A DNA stretch of 64,000 nucleotides. Origin: Clostridia bacterium (GTDB taxonomy: Bacteria > Bacillota > Clostridia > Christensenellales > DTU072). Below, in pieces: positions 49,460 to 59,142 of this stretch. Where the stretch lies: NCBI GenBank assembly GCA_045535785.1, contig JAZSMH010000061.1, forward strand, positions 7 through 64,006, in the 5' to 3' direction. The notes below the pieces were generated by a model. The model made no database searches. It had not been told where the DNA came from and saw only the letters and a list, made by a program, of their open reading frames with translations. Every line of letters starts with the position of its first letter. Position 1 is the first letter of the stretch. Made by a program: the position numbers and the translations under genes.

Positions 49460-50728
49460 ATGAGTTTTAATCCGTTTAACGAAAAACCGCAAAAGGTCGA
49501 TTCACTATATATGGATTGGCAAAAAATTTATCCAAAAGCCTACGATAAGTACGACGTAGATCCTTATACCAAGGTTCGTTGTATTTTAATGAACGGCACC
49601 GAGTACGAAGCAAATTGGTTTAGCCATCAATTTTTCCGTCATTGTAACAACAACGATATTCGTAGAGAACTTGCCGCGATTAGAAGAACAGAGCAACAAC
49701 AACAAAAGCGCATCAGTAATCTAAAACCCGTCAACGAAACCATTTTAGAAACCACTATTAGCTATGAACAGCTTGCAGTTGACCTTACCGCAATACTCGC
49801 CCAAAGAGAGAAGAACGCTTACGTAAAGCGCGCTATGGAGTTCGCTCTACTTGAAGACTTCGACCATCTATATAGATATGCTAATCTATTAGATATGGAA
49901 ATGGGTGTTCACGCAGAGAGACTAGTAGGTGGCTATACCGAGATTACCCCCGGTAGACCTACGGTTAGCGAACACCGTCACCCTTACGACGACGTAAAAC
50001 GCTATACCGATTTCAAGACAGCAGATCCTATTACAAAACTTAACGTAAGTATTATTACCGCAGCAGAACAACAAACAATGAACTACTATATGAACCAAAC
50101 GGGCTTCTACACGTCCGACCTTGGTAGAGAATTGTATGCAGAAATCGGCATGATAGAAGAACAACACGTGTCGCTATATGGTTCACTAATGGACGTAAAC
50201 ACCACTTGGTTAGAATGTTGGTTGAATCACGAATACACCGAGTGTTATCTATATTATTCATGCTTTAAGGACGAAACCGATCCCTATATTAAGACTGTTT
50301 GGGAACAACACTTAATGATGGAAATAGCCCACCTTCATAAGGTTGCAGAAATTCTAAAGAACGTGGAAGGTAAAGAATGGCAACAAGTTATTCCTAACGG
50401 TGCTTTCCCCGAACTTATTGCATTCGGTCCGCAAAAAGAATATATCCGCAACGTCCTTAAGAATACCGTCACCAACACCGCTACTATGGAAGACTACGTT
50501 GATATCAATAGTCTTGACGATAAGGCAATTTTCTTTGAATACCAAAAACAAGTTAATTCCGATATATCAAGAGTGTCTAGTCACGTAGTAATAGATAGAT
50601 ATATCGACGATAACGGCATCGACTACCGCTTTGAAGAAAGCAAGAATCCGCGTAAAGAATTAGAGAATAGAAGAGTAGATAACGTAGAACTTGGACGTTG
50701 CAAGCAAAAAGTTAGCGTTAGAGCGTAA
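49460..50728 (+). CDS. Ferritin-like (di-iron carboxylate type) domain protein, function unknown
   Basis: About 422 aa from ATG 49460 (GGAGA 9 nt upstream). Candidate metal ligands: LLEDFDHLYRY, AAEQQTMNYY, MIEEQHVSLY, HEYTECYLYY, MMEIAHLH. Confidence 0.5.
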   Translation: MSFNPFNEKPQKVDSLYMDWQKIYPKAYDKYDVDPYTKVRCILMNGTEYEANWFSHQFFRHCNNNDIRRELAAIRRTEQQQQKRISNLKPVNETILETTISYEQLAVDLTAILAQREKNAYVKRAMEFALLEDFDHLYRYANLLDMEMGVHAERLVGGYTEITPGRPTVSEHRHPYDDVKRYTDFKTADPITKLNVSIITAAEQQTMNYYMNQTGFYTSDLGRELYAEIGMIEEQHVSLYGSLMDVNTTWLECWLNHEYTECYLYYSCFKDETDPYIKTVWEQHLMMEIAHLHKVAEILKNVEGKEWQQVIPNGAFPELIAFGPQKEYIRNVLKNTVTNTATMEDYVDINSLDDKAIFFEYQKQVNSDISRVSSHVVIDRYIDDNGIDYRFEESKNPRKELENRRVDNVELGRCKQKVSVRA

Positions 50729-50745
50729 TTTACGTTAGTATTAAG

Positions 50746-50772
50746 AAAGCCCGCTTTAATTGCGGGCTTTTG
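50746..50772. terminator. Bidirectional terminator between convergent genes
   Basis: AAAGCCCGC-TTTAATT-GCGGGCTTT. Confidence 0.8.
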
Positions 50773-50775
50773 TAC

Positions 50776-51738
50776 TTATTCCATAGGATTATCGTTAAAG
50801 TATAGTGAAGCAAAACTTTCCATCATATATTGATAAGGCTTTTCTTGTATGCACCCAATAGTGGTTTCTTTATAAATAAATTCTTGTATACCAGATATTA
50901 GGCAACCATTACCAAGCAAAATGATACCCGAATCAACAATTTTACTCGATAATTCATTTGGTATATCTAATAACACGGCTTTGATAAGGTCGGTGATTTT
51001 CCTATATATAGCACTAGTTATATGGAATAAGTCACGTGCATAAAGAATTACTGATTTTTCTGCATCAGTTATAGAGTCAACGCCTTTTGCTATGATTTTC
51101 GTATTGTCGTATAGAGATAAAGAACAGTGTTCTCTTGCAAGAACTAGCGACTCATCAACGGTTAACTTTAATTTGTTGGTGCGTAAAAAATAGTCGCGCA
51201 AGTTTTCGCTCAAAGCGGATATTGCTAAATCGATAGCGTAAGAAGAGAAACTTCCTTGGTTGTCGGATATTATTAATTCCGTTGTATCTTCGTCAACGTA
51301 GGTTACTGCGTGTTTACCATTTAGCAAGAGTATTTTTGTCAATATATCCGCGCGTTTTATTAAGTTAACGTTATTGTATCCGCAGGATAAGAAGACTCTT
51401 TCTATACAGTCTTCGTCTTCCTCTAATATACCTGTTGGTACGATTACGTACAAGTTAGATAGCGTGCTTATTTTTAGCTTTGTTTTTAATAGATATTTTA
51501 TAAATAGCTTTGCAGAAATTTCGTCCAAGATTTTTCCTTGACGAAATGGGTTGATCTCCATTTGATTTTCGGCGAGAATTTTTTTCAAAGAATAGGCGTC
51601 TTTGCCTACGGCGATTACAACGGGCGATTCACTTTTCTTGCGAATAATAACTGATGGTTCGTCAGCAATCAACTGTCCGTTATTGACAACGCAAAAATGT
51701 GCGCTATCGAATGTTATCACTACGTTCTTCTTTGACAT
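50776..51738 (-). CDS. Divergent MreB-like (actin/ASKHA fold) protein with degenerate nucleotide-binding motifs
   Basis: 320 aa, collinear with MreB (EPSV, AVGKDA, RQGKILD, YVIVPTG, TTELIIS, GIILLGNG). It follows maf, as mreB does in Bacillus. Confidence 0.7.
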   Translation of the reverse strand: MSKKNVVITFDSAHFCVVNNGQLIADEPSVIIRKKSESPVVIAVGKDAYSLKKILAENQMEINPFRQGKILDEISAKLFIKYLLKTKLKISTLSNLYVIVPTGILEEDEDCIERVFLSCGYNNVNLIKRADILTKILLLNGKHAVTYVDEDTTELIISDNQGSFSSYAIDLAISALSENLRDYFLRTNKLKLTVDESLVLAREHCSLSLYDNTKIIAKGVDSITDAEKSVILYARDLFHITSAIYRKITDLIKAVLLDIPNELSSKIVDSGIILLGNGCLISGIQEFIYKETTIGCIQEKPYQYMMESFASLYFNDNPME

Positions 51739-52276
51739 TTATGTACTTCCTTAGTATCTCGCGCAAGCTTTCCGTGGGTAAGCCCATTACGTTGTCATAG
51801 CTACCTGCAAAGCTTTTGATTATCATTCCATCCTGTATTCCATAACTTCCAGCTTTGTCAAAAGGTTGGAATTTTTCTATATAAGTTTTTATATCATCTT
51901 CCGTTAATAGGTGAAACGTTACTTCGCTTTTTTCACTATAAATTGTTTCTTCATTTTTTCGTCTAACGTAAACACCGCTAATAACCTCATGTGTCCGATT
52001 CGATAATTTTTTTAACATACGCACGGCATCGTCGTAGTTATGTGGTTTCCCGAATATCTCACCATCAAGAGTGACAAGCGTATCACAGGCAATGACAAAA
52101 TCACCTTCAAGTGATCTACCTTTTAAGGTGGCGTTCTCACGAGCAACGTATGCAGGTTCTCCCGAATTTATCTCGTCACAATACGGTACGTCAATAACGA
52201 AATCATCCGTTATTTTATGAAGAAGTTCTCTCCGACGGGGAGATGCAGATGCTAGAATAATGGTAAAATCATTCAT
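51704..52276 (-). CDS. maf: Maf-family nucleoside triphosphate pyrophosphatase
   Basis: 190 aa. ILASASPRRRELL, TLVTLDGEIFGKP and GAYGIQ-like (GSYGIQD) motifs. Confidence 0.92.
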   Translation of the reverse strand: MNDFTIILASASPRRRELLHKITDDFVIDVPYCDEINSGEPAYVARENATLKGRSLEGDFVIACDTLVTLDGEIFGKPHNYDDAVRMLKKLSNRTHEVISGVYVRRKNEETIYSEKSEVTFHLLTEDDIKTYIEKFQPFDKAGSYGIQDGMIIKSFAGSYDNVMGLPTESLREILRKYINVKEERSDNIR

Positions 52277-52279
52277 TTA

Positions 52280-53791
52280 TTAAAGAATGTCAAGATTCTT
52301 CTTGAACGCCTTTTTAAAATCACCCACAGCACGCATTGCATCTTGAATTTCTAACGTGCAATCGTTGGTTGAGTCGGGTTTAAGAATAACGCTTTCGCCC
52401 AATATATCACAAGTAAGAGAGGGAATTACACCGCTCATACTGCGATCGAAGCACTCTGCTATACGCACGATTACGCCCAATTTTTTGACGGCTTCGATGT
52501 CTTCTTCTGTTAGCATGCTTAGGTAGGGTTGCATTTCGGTACCATCAAAAGGCGTATTACCATGCATTCCTGCAACAAGTGCGGCCATAACCAAATCTTT
52601 TTGTTGGATACCATATAGATTGCTATGGAGTATCAAGTAAAAAGAATGCCTTGGATGATCGTAATATTTGAAACTGCTACCAATATCGTGAAGTTGTGCA
52701 GCAACGCGTAGTACCTTGATATAACAACGCGGAAGTTTGTGCAATACCTTCAATTGGCGATATAACTGCAAAGATATATCAAAAACGTGCTCAGCGTGAG
52801 CAATATTCATGTTGAAACTGCTTAGCATTGTATAGATGCTATGACCGAGGACGTCAACCAAAGGTTTTTCCATAGTGCTAGGAACGGCATAACGGAACAT
52901 TGCACCCTCGCGTAAGCCGGCGCTTGATACGACTAGTTCGTTAAAATTGGTTGCTTTTTGGAATGCGGATAGGGCGCTTAGAGCAGCAGGAAGAATCTCC
53001 GCGCGAGCACTTGATAATCCCTTGATTCTAATAGGCTTCGTTATGTCTACACCTTTTAGAGAATTGTAGATATCATTGAAGTCATCCATAGAGATATGGT
53101 AGTTGTGTACCATGTCAAGAGGATAACGCTTGAATTTACGATTGATTTTGCCTAGATTGCGGATAGCTCCACCGACACCAATAAGTTGTACGTCTTCTTC
53201 GAGCTCTTTTAGCCATTCAATTTTATCAAGATGCTCGGTTACGTATTCTTCTATAAGTTTTGCTCTTTCGAATCCGTCCGAAATTTCTGCGAATTTTTCC
53301 GTTAAAGTAACAGCACCAAAAGGTAAAGTGTCTTGAGTTAGGAGGACTCTACGATTATAATGGATGAGTTTTATGCTTGCACCACCAATATCGATGATTA
53401 CGCCACGCGGTACGTCCATAGAGTTAATAACGCCGGTATAAACAAGCATTGCTTCCTCTTCTTGCGTAAGTACAGTTAATTTAATTCCGCATTGGCTAAG
53501 AACTTCGTCAATGAACGTTTTCTTATTCTTTGCTCTTCTAACAGCAGCTGTAGTATAGGCAAAGACCTTATTTACTTTGTGACTTTCATAGAGATTCTTA
53601 AAAGTTTTGAGCGTTTTTATCATTTGCTGAATACGCAAAGGACGAAGATAACCGTTTACCTCCATTCCTTTTGCGAGGCGAACAGGTTCTTTAAGCTCGT
53701 CAACTACGTTGAAATAACCGCCTGGAAGAACGTTAGCAACAACTATTCTTGCAGTGTTGGAACCAATATCAATAATAGCAATTTTTTCCAC
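52280..53791 (-). CDS. ppx: Ppx/GppA-family phosphatase with C-terminal HD domain
   Basis: 503 aa with a GTG start. IIDIGSNTARIVV and IDIGGASIKL ASKHA motifs, plus LHDIG in the HD domain. Confidence 0.88.
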   Translation of the reverse strand: MEKIAIIDIGSNTARIVVANVLPGGYFNVVDELKEPVRLAKGMEVNGYLRPLRIQQMIKTLKTFKNLYESHKVNKVFAYTTAAVRRAKNKKTFIDEVLSQCGIKLTVLTQEEEAMLVYTGVINSMDVPRGVIIDIGGASIKLIHYNRRVLLTQDTLPFGAVTLTEKFAEISDGFERAKLIEEYVTEHLDKIEWLKELEEDVQLIGVGGAIRNLGKINRKFKRYPLDMVHNYHISMDDFNDIYNSLKGVDITKPIRIKGLSSARAEILPAALSALSAFQKATNFNELVVSSAGLREGAMFRYAVPSTMEKPLVDVLGHSIYTMLSSFNMNIAHAEHVFDISLQLYRQLKVLHKLPRCYIKVLRVAAQLHDIGSSFKYYDHPRHSFYLILHSNLYGIQQKDLVMAALVAGMHGNTPFDGTEMQPYLSMLTEEDIEAVKKLGVIVRIAECFDRSMSGVIPSLTCDILGESVILKPDSTNDCTLEIQDAMRAVGDFKKAFKKNLDIL

Positions 53792-53920
53792 AGATAATTA
53801 CCCCTTTTACCTATAAATGTGTTTTTTAGATTATCGTACAGGATAATTATACAATTATCGAAGAATTATTGCAAGAAGTTTTACTATTATTTTACCTTCG
53901 CTAAAAACTAATGCTAATTT

Positions 53921-56706
53921 TTACTCAGTTTTCAAAGACACCACAGGATCTTTTTTAGCAGCCATTATTGCTGGTGCAAGACCTGATAAAGCGGTAAGAA
54001 TTACCGATGCTCCGATCAAAATTAACGAGTGCCACCATATAGGTTGAATCAAATTAGATATGTCTAAGTAGGACGTTAATAGCATGTTAGCGAGCGGTGA
54101 TATTGCATATCCTATAGTGACGCCTAGTAGACCGCTTAACAATCCTAAAAGCATCGTTTCTGCATTAAATATATACATAATATCCAACTTTCGGGCACCC
54201 ATACTGCGTAATATACCTATTTCTTTTGTTCTGTCTTGTACCGATATGTACATGATTATTCCTACCATAAATAGGCTAACTATTACTGCTAGACAGGTTA
54301 CAGCTACAAGGATATAGGTGATAGTAGATATCATATCCGTCAAAGAATTCATTATGCTATCTAGCTCGTTTTTATACTCGATAGTTTTGTTGAACTGTGT
54401 TTCACCGTTGTCATATTTTTCTTGCATAATGACGTTATAATCAGCGATAAAGCTTTCTATAGATTTAACTGCTTCTACGTTAGTAGGGAAGAACATGATG
54501 GAATTAGGTTCATCTTTGTCTTTTACACCAAGGTCAAGCATTAACGTGTCGTAACCACTTACGTCCGTCATATTTTCTCTACCGCTAACTACGCTTTTAA
54601 TATTGATGGTGCTTTGACTAATAAATAGCATTTGCTCTTCAGGTGATAGATTGTCCATAGTCTTGTCACCTTTGCTAAGTGCAGTAAGAAGATTGAGATA
54701 CTCTTGATATTGCTCGGTAGCAACTAATTCCATGTATTTTTCGTATTCTGCAGTCTGTGCTTTTACCACGTCGGATGCAATTGTAGAATCTATTATGTGT
54801 GTGACGAGATTATCGCTAAAGCCTATATCGCCGTTGATACAGCCCGACGATACGGTATTTTTCAAACGCACTATTCCCGATATTTTTACCGTTGTAGCGT
54901 TGTTAAGCTGTGCATTAACGAAAGCCTTGTCGTTTTTCTTATTTTCATATAAGCCGTCTTCATTAATCGAATAGTAATCTGATTCAAGTAAGAGCTTGAA
55001 TTCCTTTCCTATGAATTCGTTGAAGTCGTATTCAAGGTCTAATTCCTTGCCGAGATTGAGATCAATTTCTGCCCCTACTAATTTAGAAAGGATATCCTTT
55101 GAGTTAACGAGTAGACTTTGAAGTAGATCCATGAACTCTATATAGCCGAGGGCATAAAGGGATGCGTCGCTTATGCGGTTATATTTATCAACGACTAGTA
55201 CAGCTTCGTATACGTCGTTTTCCTTGTCATCAACGGGCCAACGTCCAGAAAGAAGATCATATTGAGAGTTAAGCACGCTTTCATCACTGACGAGTGCATC
55301 CCAGAAGTCGATATTGTCAAGCGCAGCGCGTACGTTATTTATGTCGTTCGTGCTAAGTCGCAATCCAATTAGCGATAAGAAGGAATTGAGGGAATCGAGG
55401 CTGTTAGCTGTTCGCGTGCCCAAAGGACAAATTTGAGAATACGTAGTCAAGCCATTCTCGTTTATCTTTTGATTAAAAACGTTGAGAGTTAAGTCATAGT
55501 CATATTTAATAGTAGCTATCGACGTGTCAAAATTTTCGTCGACGTACTTTTTAAAATCCGTTGTATCGTTTTCCTTCATTAAATCGTCTAGACTTGCGCC
55601 AAGCCCCGTTATGAGCTTTTCTATGTAAACTTTTTGTTCTTCAGTGTAAGCCGTCATGCTAGATTTATCGTTACTTAATATATCCATAATAGCAACGGTA
55701 TCTAGCGTTGAGAAGTCGTTTCCGCTCATGTTAGATACTATTCCAGAAATATCGTCGATAGAAGATTGAGTCTTATTGACGGTAATAGGATATTTAGATA
55801 AGGATTCCTTTTGATAGTTGCTTGCATATGCGTTGAATCCGGAGTTAAGTGCTAATATTAGCGATATGCTTACCACACCGATACATCCTGCAATGGCAGT
55901 TATAATTGTTCTTCCTTTTTTGTAATATAAGTTCTTTAGGCTATTTTTTAATGCGGAAAAGATACCCATATTAGGCTTTTTTGTCTTTTTTGCTTGAGTC
56001 GTTGATCTATCTACAAAATCATTTTTTATTTCGTTAATTATTTCGTCGCTTACCACGTTACCGTCTAGCATTTTTATTATGCGGTCACTATATTTTTCCG
56101 CAAGTTCCGCGTTGTGTGTGACGATGATTACTAGCGATTCTTTTCCTAAATTGCGCAATAGATCTAGCACCTGTACCGAGTTCTCGCTGTCAAGTGCGCC
56201 CGTAGGTTCATCGGCGAGTATAATTTTGGGATTATTTACTATTGCCCTTGCAATAGCTACGCGCTGTGCTTGTCCGCCCGATAATTGTTTAGGTTTTTCT
56301 TAAGTTGATCCTCAAGTCCTACTTTTTGGAGGGCGTCCTTTGCGCGTCTTTTTTGTTCATCAGCGCTTATGCCGGTAAGATCAAGTGCAAGCATAACGTT
56401 TTCAAGAACGGATAGATGTGGAATTAAATAATAATTTTGAAAAACAAAGCCTACGTTATGATTTCTATAAGTGTCCCAGTCGGCACTCTTAAAATTGCTG
56501 GTAGAGACATTATCTATACGAAGGTCACCCGACGTATATTTATCGAGTCCGCCTATGATATTAAGTAACGTGGTTTTTCCACATCCGCTCGCGCCAAGTA
56601 TAGAAGTGACGCCGTATTCAGGGAAGGAAAGATTAATTCCCTTTAATGCGTTAACCGCATTTTCACCTTCACCATAAGTCTTTACAATATCAATAAGTTT
56701 TAACAT
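53921..56706 (-). pseudogene. Fused ABC ATPase / FtsX-MacB-type permease gene interrupted by a frameshift at an A5 run (56294-56298)
   Basis: ORF 56257-56706 carries Walker A (GASGCGKTT) and stops just before the signature motif. The other frame continues PKQLSGGQAQRVAIARAIVNNPKIILADEPTGALD into the 749-aa ORF, which ends in a C-terminal FtsX domain. One extra A restores LKKKPKQLSGGQ. Confidence 0.8.
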
Positions 56707-56751
56707 TAGTATCTCCTTTTCGTGCGCGCACGCGCGCGCGACCATGTATCG

Positions 56752-56780
56752 ATTATAACCTAGGATTAATTTTTCGTCAA
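56752..56780 (-). promoter_or_regulatory. Sigma-70 promoter of the ABC gene
   Basis: Minus strand TTGACG (56775-56780), 17-nt spacer, TATAAT (56752-56757). Confidence 0.6.
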
Positions 56781-56810
56781 CCAAAAAAGCGTCGTGCCTA
56801 CGTTTACGCC

Positions 56811-56839
56811 TTGACAGTACGCAAACTTTGAGTTAAAAT
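56811..56839 (+). promoter_or_regulatory. Sigma-70 promoter driving the cobalamin riboswitch
   Basis: TTGACA (56811-56816), 17-nt spacer, TAAAAT (56834-56839). Confidence 0.65.
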
Positions 56840-56842
56840 ATA

Positions 56843-57024
56843 AGCGTATTGATAGGGAAAGTGCGGTGAAAATCCGTCGCAAAAGCCATTGCCGTCAAAG
56901 TCGGAATGCCTACTTTACGATAAATAAAGGAAAGTTCTTGGGCAAATTGAGAACCTACTTTCAGCTCTATATGTGGAGCGGTAGTTTTGTTTGTCCTCGG
57001 AAAGAAAATTTCGGAGGTTTTTTT
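56843..57024 (+). promoter_or_regulatory. Cobalamin riboswitch (short class-II-like aptamer) plus terminator and RBS-sequestering expression platform
   Basis: GATAGGGAAAGTGCGGTGAAAATCCGTC...GTCAAAGTCGGAATGCCTAC closely resembles class-II Cbl aptamers as I remember them (GUGGGAAAGUGACGUGAAAUUCGUC...CUCCGAAUGCCACC). The hairpin CCTCGGAAA/TTTCGGAGG followed by T7 (56995-57024) contains the Shine-Dalgarno sequence. Confidence 0.75.
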
Positions 57025-57486
57025 ATGAAAAAGAGAGTTTTTGTTCTTGCAATAGCAGTATTGCTTTGCGTAAGTTGTTGTTTTGTCGCTTGTCGTGAAG
57101 AGAAAAATAACAATTCTAGCGGTACGTTTTCTATCGTTTTGGACGAGCCTAGTGGTTACAAAGTCTTTACACTAGACGTTTCTATGGTAAAAGATAACGG
57201 CATTATGGATGCGTTGAAGTATCTAGAAACCAACGAAGGTGTAGTGCTTGACTATACGGTTTCTACCTACGGTGCATATTTCAAGAGAGTAGGCAACGTG
57301 ATAGAAAACGCGACCAACGGTTCTTACGTATATTTTTATACTAACAAATCTAGCGACTTCGACGTAAGTGCTTATGCAACCACTTTTGATTACAACGGCA
57401 CGTTGCTAACAAGTAGTGGTTTGGGAGTCAACAGTATGACGGTAGAAAATGGCACGATTATCTTAGTAAGTTTAGTTACCTTCTAA
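57025..57486 (+). CDS. Lipoprotein, DUF4430-like (transcobalamin-like domain)
   Basis: Start at ATG 57025 with GGAGG upstream. The ORF-track 5' extension covers the riboswitch. Signal peptide with a lipobox-like FVAC. The family call is from context and pattern memory. Confidence 0.6.
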   Translation: MKKRVFVLAIAVLLCVSCCFVACREEKNNNSSGTFSIVLDEPSGYKVFTLDVSMVKDNGIMDALKYLETNEGVVLDYTVSTYGAYFKRVGNVIENATNGSYVYFYTNKSSDFDVSAYATTFDYNGTLLTSSGLGVNSMTVENGTIILVSLVTF

Positions 57487-57487
57487 G

Positions 57488-58027
57488 GTGAAAAGAAAAC
57501 TTTTTATTAGTGCAAAAAAACTCGCTCTCATTGCCGTAATGACGGCAACGCTTAACGCAGGCAAACTTGCGCTCATGGCTATCCCCAACGTAGAAGTGGT
57601 TACTATACTTTGCGCATTGTATGGCTATTGTTTTGGTTGGATGGGCTTGATAGCAACTTCCCTTTTTGTACTAATAGAAACTTTCATTTTCGGTATGGGC
57701 ACTTGGGTATTATCATATATCATTCATTGGAACGTTGTTTGTTTGATTTTTTGGCTATTAAAACGATTCAAAGTAAATAATATAGTGATAATTACTCTAG
57801 TTAGCGCAGTGCTAACGACTTGTTTCGGCGTTCTTTCGTCATTGATAGACGTAGGTTTATTTAGTGGGATAAAAGGGGATTTTTGGGCAAAATTCGCCAT
57901 ATACTACACTCGTGGAGCGGTATTTTATATAACTCAAATAGTAACGAATTTAATCGTATTTCCATGTTTGTTCCCTATACTTTCAAAAACTTTTGAAAAA
58001 CTCAATAACAAGTATTTTCGGACGTAA
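57488..58027 (+). CDS. ECF transporter S component (CbrT-like, putative cobalamin-specific)
   Basis: 179 aa with a GTG start 1 nt after the upstream stop, 5-6 TM, in a Cbl-riboswitch-controlled bicistron. Confidence 0.6.
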   Translation: MKRKLFISAKKLALIAVMTATLNAGKLALMAIPNVEVVTILCALYGYCFGWMGLIATSLFVLIETFIFGMGTWVLSYIIHWNVVCLIFWLLKRFKVNNIVIITLVSAVLTTCFGVLSSLIDVGLFSGIKGDFWAKFAIYYTRGAVFYITQIVTNLIVFPCLFPILSKTFEKLNNKYFRT

Positions 58028-58043
58028 ATAAACACAAAAAAAT

Positions 58044-58076
58044 AAAACGCACTGCAAATTAGCAGTGCGTTTTTTA
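58044..58076. terminator. Bidirectional terminator
   Basis: ACGCACTGC-AAATTA-GCAGTGCGT flanked by A- and T-runs, between convergent genes. Confidence 0.85.
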
Positions 58077-58091
58077 CTTTTTAAGTAAAGA

Positions 58092-59027
58092 TTAGTTAAA
58101 AGCCTTTCCGTTGCAACCGAGTACGTTAACAAGCTTGTGTCTTACGATATCGATTACAGCTTGACGAGCGGGCTTTAGATATTGACGAGGATCGAAGTGA
58201 GAAGGATTTTCTTTGAAGTACTTTCTCAAGGTTCCGGTGATAGCCATACGGATATCGGAGTCAATATTGATTTTACATACTGCCATAGAAGCTGCTTGAC
58301 GGAGCATTTCTTCGGGAACACCGCGTGCACCAGGCATATTTCCGCCGTATTCGTTGATTTGATCGGTTAGATATTGAGGAACGCTACTTGCACCGTGAAG
58401 TACGATGGGGAAGTTAGGTAGACGTTTGCCAACTTCTTCTAGAATGTCAAAACGAAGTTTGGGTTCGCCCTTGAATTTGAATGCACCGTGGCTGGTTCCG
58501 ATAGCAATAGCAAGACTATCAACGCCCGTTCTACCAACGAATTCTTGTACTTGGTCGGGATCGGTATAAGCAGCGTCTTTGTCGCTTACGTTAACAGCAT
58601 CTTCGATACCTGCAAGTCTACCAAGTTCTGCTTCAACTACTACACCGTGATCGTGAGCGTATTCTACTACGTTTCTGGTGATTTTGATATTTTCTTCAAA
58701 GCTGTGATGAGATGCATCGATCATAACTGAGGTGAAACCTTTGTCTACGCAATCTTTGCATAGTTCGAAAGTGTCGCCGTGGTCAAGGTGCATACAGATA
58801 GGAAGACCGCTGTCTTCAACTGCTGCTTCAACGAGCTTCATAAGATAAGTGGGGTTAGCGTATTTTCTTGCACCGCTAGATACTTGAAGGATAAGAGGAG
58901 CTTGCTCGATTTTTGCTGCTTCAACAACACCTTGGATGATTTCCATATTGTTTACGTTGAAAGCACCTATAGCATAACCGCCTTCGTAAGCCTTCTTGAA
59001 CATTTCGGTACTTGTTACTAATGGCAT
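58092..59027 (-). CDS. fba: Class II fructose-1,6-bisphosphate aldolase
   Basis: Start at ATG 59027 (GGAGG upstream). GAFNVNNME, HLDHG and VLHGASS motifs. Confidence 0.93.
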   Translation of the reverse strand: MPLVTSTEMFKKAYEGGYAIGAFNVNNMEIIQGVVEAAKIEQAPLILQVSSGARKYANPTYLMKLVEAAVEDSGLPICMHLDHGDTFELCKDCVDKGFTSVMIDASHHSFEENIKITRNVVEYAHDHGVVVEAELGRLAGIEDAVNVSDKDAAYTDPDQVQEFVGRTGVDSLAIAIGTSHGAFKFKGEPKLRFDILEEVGKRLPNFPIVLHGASSVPQYLTDQINEYGGNMPGARGVPEEMLRQAASMAVCKINIDSDIRMAITGTLRKYFKENPSHFDPRQYLKPARQAVIDIVRHKLVNVLGCNGKAFN

Positions 59028-59107
59028 ATATATTACCTCCAAAGGATATTTTTCTATAACATTATACAACTTTTATTTTCGTTGGTCTACTCAAATACGG
59101 TATTTTT

Positions 59108-59136
59108 TTGACAAGGTTGCAATTTTTTTATATAAT
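59108..59136 (+). promoter_or_regulatory. Perfect consensus sigma-70 promoter ending 6 nt before an ATG (leaderless geometry)
   Basis: TTGACA (59108-59113), 17-nt spacer, TATAAT (59131-59136), then TAACTT and the ATG at 59143. Confidence 0.65.
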
Positions 59137-59142
59137 TAACTT

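Noticed and set aside
56294-56298. Programmed ribosomal frameshift or phase variation at the A5 run of the ABC gene
   Set aside because: A 5-nt homopolymer is short for slipped-strand phase variation, and I see no slippery heptamer with a stimulatory structure. Sequencing error or a simple mutation is more parsimonious, so I report it as a frameshift to be verified.
56079-56303. 74-aa plus-strand ORF
   Set aside because: It is antisense to the Walker B and signature region of the ABC gene. The real signal on the opposite strand is LSGGQ...ILADEPTGALD.
56866-57024. 5' extension of the lipoprotein ORF (ORF-track start at 56866)
   Set aside because: This stretch is the cobalamin riboswitch and its terminator. 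The Shine-Dalgarno and signal peptide begin at 57025.
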